Source: Salinispira sp. (GTDB taxonomy: Bacteria > Spirochaetota > Spirochaetia > DSM-27196 > Salinispiraceae). From it: a DNA stretch of 64,000 bases. The translations under genes and the position numbers were made by a program. Position 1 is the first letter of the stretch. Each line of letters opens with the position of its first letter. Below the pieces are notes generated by a model. It was not told the origin of the DNA. It saw only the letters and a list, made by a program, of their open reading frames with translations, and ran no database searches. Below are positions 57,291 through 64,000 of the stretch, piece after piece. Where the stretch lies: NCBI GenBank assembly GCA_965602015.1, contig OZ271918.1, positions 2,240,001-2,304,000 of the forward strand, given 5' to 3'.

Positions 57291-59024
57291 ATGAAGAAAA
57301 TTTTTGCAACAGCATACGTAATACTTCTCTCAGGCCTATTATACGGATCGGAGGGCCTTACCGTCGCAGTTATTCATGCGCAGGATGAACTGGGCCGGTT
57401 TCAAGCCAATCTGGAGCAGCGGGTCAATCAGTTGGCTGTCAATGACGGTGTAGACCTCCGTCTTCACGATATTTTTCTCAGTCTTTCGGATTCTGGTGAA
57501 AATTCCCGGTACAGTATCCTCGAATATCTCCAGGTTCAGTTAGAAAATCTCAGTCCGGACGTTGTGGTGGCCATGCTACCTGCTGCCATATCATTCATGG
57601 CCGAAGCATCCCCGCACATTGGCTCCGAGTTTCCCCTGCTGTACGCCGTCGCCCCCATGACTTTCCGCCCTCCCTCCTCGGCGGTGAGAGCAAAATCATT
57701 TTTTTCCACCGCAACAGCGATTTCCGCCGAAAAAACCCTTGAGCTTATGCGGGAGCTGCTGCCTGAGCGGGACCGGCTGGTGGTAATCAGCGGCGCTCAT
57801 CCCAGCGATCAGGCGTATCTGGAAATGCTAAAGCCAATTGTCGCTCAGGGCGCTCTATTTGACGGCGTAGAGTACCTCATCGGCATTCCCGAGAAGGACC
57901 TGCTGGAACGTATTGCCTCCCTGGATGAACGCAATGCAATTTTGGTCAGCAGCTACTCCACCGACAGCAACGGTACGCCATATGTTCTGGCCGACATCAT
58001 CGGAAACTGGTCCTCCGCCAGTTCCGCACCGATTTTTGGTTTTTATGACGCCATAATCGATACGGGGATAGTCGGAGGCTACGTCACCCGGGTGGACGCG
58101 TATGCAGAGGAAATGTACCGTCAGCTTCTAATTCTTGCCGGAGAGACGAGAGGTTCCCTAAACCCCTCAGCCCATGAGCTGGGACTTGTGTTGAATCGCG
58201 CAGAGTTGGGACGCTGGAAGATCGACACACGAAGAGCCGCTCCTTATCTGGCAGAGGCGATTGTTCTTGAAGCCGAGGATGGAACACTGACCCCTTCTGT
58301 GTACATAGGGCTTGCGGTGCTTGCCCTCGGAGTGATTACCATTCCGGTAATGCTGATTTCTCAATCATCGCGACGCGAAGCGAAAATAAGAAGAGAACTG
58401 AAAGACGCGCGGGTCTACATTGCAGAATCCAACCACCGGGTCAAGAACAGTTTCCAGCTGATCCAATCCTACATTCAAATAAAGTACCTATCATCCGGCA
58501 AGTCCGGCGACGGTGAAATGCTCCACGAGCTTGTCAGCAAGCTGGGGATTTTCGGCCGTTTCCACTCGGAGCTCGCAGTCAACTCCGCAGACGGCTGTGC
58601 ACCGGCCATAGACTTCCTCGAGAAATTCTCCCGTGATATGGAAGCCTACGGTCGCAGTTTGATTCCCGACATATCCTTTAACTATCGTGTAGATGAAATC
58701 TGCCTGACGCCTCAGCAGATGCTCAATACCTCATTTATACTATCAGAACTTCTGACGAACTCATTAAAATACGCCTTCCCCGCGGAATACCCCGGGGAAA
58801 AAACCATCGAGCTCACCATTGAAGACAAACCCGGTGCGGCAGTTATCCAGTACCGGGACAGCGGAGTCGGAATATCGAAGGAAGCTCAAAACGAATCCGG
58901 CGGCACAGGCCGGGCGATTATTAGGGGATTGCTGAGTCAGGTAGATGGAGACCTGGAAGAATCTTATGAGAGTGGCTATCAGGTCAGAATAACCTTCCCC
59001 GTTCCCCCTGATTCGGAACGCTGA
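57291..59024 (+). CDS. Sensor histidine kinase (HisKA_2) with periplasmic binding-protein-like domain
   Basis: ESNHRVKNSFQ, ELLTNSLKYAF and DSGVG; N-terminal GIVGGY-containing domain. Confidence 0.85.
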   Translation: MKKIFATAYVILLSGLLYGSEGLTVAVIHAQDELGRFQANLEQRVNQLAVNDGVDLRLHDIFLSLSDSGENSRYSILEYLQVQLENLSPDVVVAMLPAAISFMAEASPHIGSEFPLLYAVAPMTFRPPSSAVRAKSFFSTATAISAEKTLELMRELLPERDRLVVISGAHPSDQAYLEMLKPIVAQGALFDGVEYLIGIPEKDLLERIASLDERNAILVSSYSTDSNGTPYVLADIIGNWSSASSAPIFGFYDAIIDTGIVGGYVTRVDAYAEEMYRQLLILAGETRGSLNPSAHELGLVLNRAELGRWKIDTRRAAPYLAEAIVLEAEDGTLTPSVYIGLAVLALGVITIPVMLISQSSRREAKIRRELKDARVYIAESNHRVKNSFQLIQSYIQIKYLSSGKSGDGEMLHELVSKLGIFGRFHSELAVNSADGCAPAIDFLEKFSRDMEAYGRSLIPDISFNYRVDEICLTPQQMLNTSFILSELLTNSLKYAFPAEYPGEKTIELTIEDKPGAAVIQYRDSGVGISKEAQNESGGTGRAIIRGLLSQVDGDLEESYESGYQVRITFPVPPDSER

Positions 59025-59277
59025 CGTTACCTTACGGACTACTCTGAAGATTTTTTACCACTTCAATTGCAGTTCAAGTCAGGATTGATGCTTGGCGCAG
59101 CATATCAGCTGTTTTGGGGGCATTACCTAACTGTTTTCTTGCCGGTATTCCCGATCTATTTTCTCAGGCCGCCCGATGGAGCAAATACATATTTTCTGAT
59201 ATCCTCCGGTACTCTTGCTTGTGCTGCAAAGGTGAGAGGACATGTGCAGTACCCCAAAACGAGAAGAGGAACGGTTT

Positions 59278-60384
59278 ATGATAGTCATTGTTGGTGCGGG
59301 TATATCAGGTGCGGTTATGGCCGAGCGATACGCCGCATTAGGTAAAAAAGTCACAATCATCGAGAAACGCAATCACATTGGGGGAAATTGCTATGATTAT
59401 TTCGATGATAACGGACTTTTGCTTCCACTGTACGGTCCGCATTTTTTCCACACAAACATCGAGAGGGTTTGGCAGTATCTTCAGCGCTTCAGCGAGTGGC
59501 GAAGCTACGAGCATCGGGTATTAAGCTCGGTTGACGGAAAGCTCGTGCCTGTTCCAGTGAATATCACTACTGTGAACGAAGTCTTCGGCCTTTCGATTAG
59601 CAACGAAGAGCAGATGAAACAATGGCTTGAGGAGAACACCAAATCAATTGCCCATCCAAAAAACTCGGAGGAATCGGCAATGTCCCGGGTTGGCCCGGTC
59701 CTCTACGAGAAAATGTTCAAGCATTACACAAAAAAACAGTGGGACCTGTATCCCCATGAGCTCGATGCCCAGGTCATGAACCGCATACCCGTACGGACTA
59801 ACTTTGACGATCGGTATTTTACCGATACATACCAGGCGATGCCCGCCGAGGGCTACACTTCAGTCTTCGAAAACATGCTCGATAACCCTAATATCGAGAT
59901 TATTCTCGACTGCGATTACTTCCAAAACAGGCAGGAGTTCTCCCGAGCCGAAAAACTCTTTTTTACCGGCCGGATTGATCAGTTCTTTGAGGAACAGTTT
60001 AGGGACCGGGGTGTTGAGCCCCTTCAGTACCGTTCGCTCCGTTTCGAATTCGAGACCCTTGATACCCCTCAGTTTCAGCCCTGTGCAACGATAAACTATC
60101 CCAATGAACACGACTATACGCGAATTACCGAGCCGAAACATTCCACGGGCCAGGGTGGTGATAAAACCGTCATCATCAAGGAGTATCCCAGCTGGGATGG
60201 AGAACCCTATTATCCGGTTTTTAGTCCGCGAAATCAGCAGGTGTTCTCGCTGTATCAAAAGGCCGCCGAGGAGGCGGAGAAAAACCAGGTCTACTTCGTC
60301 GGGCGCTTGGCGAATTACAAGTATTTCAACATGGACGCCGCATTTGACAATGCACTGACACTGTTTGAACAATTGGAAGGCTGA
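59278..60384 (+). CDS. glf: UDP-galactopyranose mutase
   Basis: IVGAGISG, HIGGNCYD, YGPHFFHT, YTKKQW, EPYYP and GRLANYKYFNMD. Confidence 0.95.
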   Translation: MIVIVGAGISGAVMAERYAALGKKVTIIEKRNHIGGNCYDYFDDNGLLLPLYGPHFFHTNIERVWQYLQRFSEWRSYEHRVLSSVDGKLVPVPVNITTVNEVFGLSISNEEQMKQWLEENTKSIAHPKNSEESAMSRVGPVLYEKMFKHYTKKQWDLYPHELDAQVMNRIPVRTNFDDRYFTDTYQAMPAEGYTSVFENMLDNPNIEIILDCDYFQNRQEFSRAEKLFFTGRIDQFFEEQFRDRGVEPLQYRSLRFEFETLDTPQFQPCATINYPNEHDYTRITEPKHSTGQGGDKTVIIKEYPSWDGEPYYPVFSPRNQQVFSLYQKAAEEAEKNQVYFVGRLANYKYFNMDAAFDNALTLFEQLEG

Positions 60385-60426
60385 GATGCGGCTTTCCCCA
60401 GTTACCCGCCGGGAAAAAGGGACACA

Positions 60427-62238
60427 ATGGCGATAATCAGTCTGAATGAGGTATTTCTGCGCTTTGGGGACGAATATCTTTTTTCGAATATCAATGTGCA
60501 TATTGAACAGGGTCAGCGAATTTGCCTCATAGGTCGCAACGGCAGCGGTAAGTCCACCCTCTTGAAGCTCATGGCGGGCATAATCGAGCCCGATGAAGGC
60601 AGCGCGGCACGAAATCGGGACCTGCACATTGCATATCTCGAGCAGGATTTCCCCGGGGAGTATGAAGGCACGGCCCTGGACTTTTGTCTTCATCAGGATA
60701 AAAACATACGTTTTGCCAATGAGCCGCAGGAAATTGAAGTAAACAATGCGGTGCGTCTTTTGGATCAGCTGGGAATAGACCGGGAAGCCCCGTTCTCCGG
60801 ACTCTCGGGGGGCGGCAGGCGTAAGGCAATGCTCGCCCGGGTTCTCTCTGCCGAGCCCGAGCTCCTCTTGCTCGACGAGCCCACCAATCATCTCGATATC
60901 GAAAGCATTAGCTGGCTCGAAGAGTACCTGGTGCGGGACAGACAGCGAAGCATGGTAGTCATTACCCATGACCGGAGTTTCGCGCGCGCGGTTTCTAACA
61001 GAACTGCCGAGCTGGACCGGGGAGAGCTATACGCATTTGACTGCGGGTACGGCGATTTCCTCCGCCGCCGGGATGAGCTCCTGGCAGCTGAACAGACGGC
61101 CCGCCAGCAGTTTGACAAGCGCCTTGCCGAAGAGGAAGCCTGGTTGCGCCGGGGAATCAAGGCACGAAGGACCCGGAATGAGGGCCGGGTTAAAGCGTTA
61201 ATGGCCATGAGGGAAGAGCACCGCCGTCGGCGAGAACGCCAGGGGTCGGTCAAAATGTCCCTTACGACTGACAAGCGCTCAGGCGATCTGGTAATGGAAT
61301 GCGAAGATGTATCGTTTTCCTGGACCGGCGACTCCGGGCCGCCGCTGATACGCAGTTTGAGTACCCGCATTATGCGGGGAGACCGCATCGGCATTGCCGG
61401 GCCCAACGGCGCAGGTAAAACTACTCTTATCAAGCTGTTTACCGGGGAAATTCAGCCGAAATCAGGCAAAATACGCCACGGTAGCAATCTGCAGCCCCTG
61501 TATTTCAGCCAGATGCGTGAAGACCTGGACCCGGGGAAATCACTTCTGGAGAATCTCAGCGGGGGAGATGACTCGGTCATGGTCGGGGGAAAACTCAGGC
61601 ATGTGAACGCCTACCTTCAGGATTTTCTCTTTACCCCGGACCGCATAAAAACGCCGGTGGGAATACTTTCCGGAGGAGAAAAAAACCGCCTCATGCTCGC
61701 CAAGCTCTTTACCAGGCCGGCAAACCTCCTCATCCTCGACGAGCCCACCAATGACCTGGACATGGAAACCCTCGACCTGCTGGAAGAGCTGCTTGCCGGC
61801 TTCGAGGGTACTGTCTTGTTGGTAAGTCACGACCGGGAGTTCCTGGACAACGTTGTCAGCGACCTGCTTATTCTCCCGGGGGACGGAACCGTAACAGAGT
61901 ATATCGGAAGCTACAGCGAGTGGCGTACCAGCAAGCAAAAAACCGCCGGCAGCGCCGGCTCTTCGAAGACCGGGGAGAATACTGACAAAGAGAACAGGCC
62001 TGTTCTTCGAAACCGCAAACTGAGCTTCAAGGAGAACAAGGAACTTGGGGAAATCCCCGGGAACATTGAAGCACTAGAAACCCGAATCGCCGAACTGCAT
62101 GGAGAGCTGGCGGACCCGGAGCTGTACCGCCGGGAAGGGCCCCGGGCGGCTGAATTAGGGGCCGAACTGGAGGCTGCGGAAGCCCGCCTCGCCGAGTTGT
62201 ACGAGCGGTGGAACGAACTGGAAAGTCTCTCGCCGTAA
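60427..62238 (+). CDS. uup: ABC-F ATPase, Uup-like
   Basis: Two ABC domains, GIKARRTRNEGRV linker, C-terminal KLSFKE...YERWNELE. Confidence 0.88.
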   Translation: MAIISLNEVFLRFGDEYLFSNINVHIEQGQRICLIGRNGSGKSTLLKLMAGIIEPDEGSAARNRDLHIAYLEQDFPGEYEGTALDFCLHQDKNIRFANEPQEIEVNNAVRLLDQLGIDREAPFSGLSGGGRRKAMLARVLSAEPELLLLDEPTNHLDIESISWLEEYLVRDRQRSMVVITHDRSFARAVSNRTAELDRGELYAFDCGYGDFLRRRDELLAAEQTARQQFDKRLAEEEAWLRRGIKARRTRNEGRVKALMAMREEHRRRRERQGSVKMSLTTDKRSGDLVMECEDVSFSWTGDSGPPLIRSLSTRIMRGDRIGIAGPNGAGKTTLIKLFTGEIQPKSGKIRHGSNLQPLYFSQMREDLDPGKSLLENLSGGDDSVMVGGKLRHVNAYLQDFLFTPDRIKTPVGILSGGEKNRLMLAKLFTRPANLLILDEPTNDLDMETLDLLEELLAGFEGTVLLVSHDREFLDNVVSDLLILPGDGTVTEYIGSYSEWRTSKQKTAGSAGSSKTGENTDKENRPVLRNRKLSFKENKELGEIPGNIEALETRIAELHGELADPELYRREGPRAAELGAELEAAEARLAELYERWNELESLSP

Positions 62239-62384
62239 TGCCATGACCATCGGCCAGTCCGGCTCGGTAACGATAGTGATGCTCCTAGCGTCACGCAGAC
62301 GCGGTCGAATACACGGTTCAGTTCACTGTTCGGGCCGCGGTTCAGACCTGCTAAGAAAAGGCAGAAGCACTGTTTGATCCAGAT

Positions 62385-63335
62385 TCAGCGAAGATTTAGC
62401 AGGCCGAGGTACGCATCGGCGCTGATTCCGTAGTAATCGTCAAAGAGCTCATTAAAACGGGGCCTGGTCTTGAGGTCTTCTATATATAAAAGAATCAGCT
62501 CGCCCAGGTCGATTCGCTCAGGTGATACAGCCCAGGCAATGTAATCGACCTCCCCAACGGGAAAACGCACCGCCAACCGATTATCAATCCGCCTCCGGTT
62601 AAATGCCAGCGCCTGGGTGATATCGGTAAGTGCAAAATCCGTCTCGCCCCGGGAAAGCTCAGCTAATCCAAACGACAGCTCGTCATTTGCCGTGATCTCA
62701 AACTCTAGTCCGAACTCATCCATCAGCTGCTCGGCAATTTCCATCTGGGCGCTGGCTTGCGGCAGCATGATTCTGAGTCCGTCCAGGTCTTCCAGATTTT
62801 CCACCGGACTGTCCGCCCGGACGACGACGGCATTTTGGACCGGCAGTACGGGTATCATGGTGAGTATTTGCTCTCTCCAGGGCAAGACCGTCAACGATAC
62901 CAAATACAAATCAGCCTGTGCAAACAGGTCCGGGGTATACGTCATATCGGGGTCGCTAAACAGACTCTGGGGAATCTCCCCGTCCAGTGCCAGGAACTGT
63001 ATGGGATTATCATACACCGTGATTTCCACCGGAATAGATAATTCCTCGGACATCTGCATAAGCATGTCGTAATGCAGGCCCTGAACGCTGCCGTCACCCT
63101 GTGGTTCATAAACAGCGGGAAAGGGGATGGTCGCCACCCGCAGGCCGGAATCCTGAAGCTCCCGCAGCAGCGAACGCTGGGCATCATTTAATCCGCCGAT
63201 AAACGTTTCCTCCTGCGATTCAGAGTCCAGCAACGGGACGACAGCCTCTTGAGGAGCGCGATCCGAGCAGGAAAGAAGAAAAAAGGCCAAAGCCAGCGCG
63301 AGTATAATTGACAATCCGAATCTGTTCTTATCCAT
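62385..63335 (-). CDS. Family-3-like solute-binding lipoprotein
   Basis: Lipobox LLSC; LRVAT, LTVLPWRE and LEDLDG. Confidence 0.7.
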   Translation of the reverse strand: MDKNRFGLSIILALALAFFLLSCSDRAPQEAVVPLLDSESQEETFIGGLNDAQRSLLRELQDSGLRVATIPFPAVYEPQGDGSVQGLHYDMLMQMSEELSIPVEITVYDNPIQFLALDGEIPQSLFSDPDMTYTPDLFAQADLYLVSLTVLPWREQILTMIPVLPVQNAVVVRADSPVENLEDLDGLRIMLPQASAQMEIAEQLMDEFGLEFEITANDELSFGLAELSRGETDFALTDITQALAFNRRRIDNRLAVRFPVGEVDYIAWAVSPERIDLGELILLYIEDLKTRPRFNELFDDYYGISADAYLGLLNLR

Positions 63336-63465
63336 GCCACCCCGTGATGCCTGTCTGTCCGGCAATCCTCATCATCTCAAGCATAGGGCATCCGAGGAGA
63401 AAAGTGTCCGCCTATTGAGTAATTCCCAGAAAAGATGCAAAGGACCGCACGAAGTGATTGCAGCC

Positions 63466-64000
63466 CTATGGTTCAACCGCCGGGAAGGTAAGGGCGAATT
63501 TGGTGAACTGCCGGGACCGGGATTTCACCTCGATCTTCCCGCGATGGGCCCTGGCCAGGTCCTGAATGAGAGAAAGGCCGATTCCCCTACCGGATAGTTC
63601 ATCGGCGCCTTCACTGGTGCTTAGGGACGGGTGAAATAGGTATTGGGCGATTTCTTTGGCATCAAGATTTTCAGCCTGCTCTTCCGTGAGTATTCCCTGA
63701 CTGACAAGCCGCTTGCGCACACCGGCGGCGTTTATTCCCCTACCGTCGTCCTGGAATTCCAGGCGGAACTGCTTGTCATGCCGGGCTGCGCTTATGCTTA
63801 TGAGGCCTGACTCGCTCTTGCCATGACTGCGGCGTTCCAGCCCGTCTTCGATGCCGTGGGCATACGCGTTGCGGATGAACTGAACGAGCATGTCTTTTAC
63901 CGGTTTGCGCATCGGTTCGGGTATTGCCTGATGATCAAAGGCGTCCAAGTTCAGGGTCACGGCTTTGCGGGTCTTGCGGGAGAGGTTTTCATTGAGCTGC
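63466..64000 (-). CDS. CheA-like histidine kinase ATPase domain (5'-partial), no C-terminal CheW domain
   Basis: RNAYAHGIE, DDGRG and LSGRGIGL; stop directly after the HATPase. Confidence 0.8.
   Translation of the reverse strand, partial: QLNENLSRKTRKAVTLNLDAFDHQAIPEPMRKPVKDMLVQFIRNAYAHGIEDGLERRSHGKSESGLISISAARHDKQFRLEFQDDGRGINAAGVRKRLVSQGILTEEQAENLDAKEIAQYLFHPSLSTSEGADELSGRGIGLSLIQDLARAHRGKIEVKSRSRQFTKFALTFPAVEP

Noticed and set aside
59860..60969. 369-aa minus-strand ORF
   Set aside because: Antisense to glf and uup; no independent support.

Overview
Bacterial chromosomal window, most likely from a free-living spirochaete. This is inferred from a short C-Ala-less AlaRS, a stand-alone FliG paralogue and a 'LFGAGGAE'-type signal on a solute-binding protein. 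The left part (1-19.8 kb) looks mostly core: TPR protein, cNMP-CPBP fusion, NfeD plus two flotillins, MFS, ptsP-BMP-sensor kinase, alaS, fliG paralogue and tRNA-Phe. Right after tRNA-Phe lies an integration scar made of a duplicated tRNA 3' end, a roughly 135-nt strongly base-paired segment and an IS1182-like remnant. An accessory metal-homeostasis cluster follows: two intact COG0523 GTPases plus a fragment, a Fur/Zur-like regulator, a perfect ATGCAAC-N3-GTTGCAT operator, a Cys-tailed flavoprotein and an atypical FeoB-like GTPase/transporter. Next is a regulator-hydrolase cassette bounded by roughly 49-bp imperfect direct repeats. The remainder holds an Fe(III) ABC system, a Nat-like ABC/XRE operon with a triple operator, several sensor kinases, an intact IS3-family element interrupting a hydrolase, a MocR regulator, a TPR-GGDEF protein, glf, an ABC-F protein and a partial CheA-like gene. 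I found no CRISPR array, prophage or recognisable defence system. All calls come from reading motifs by eye; no database searches were run.
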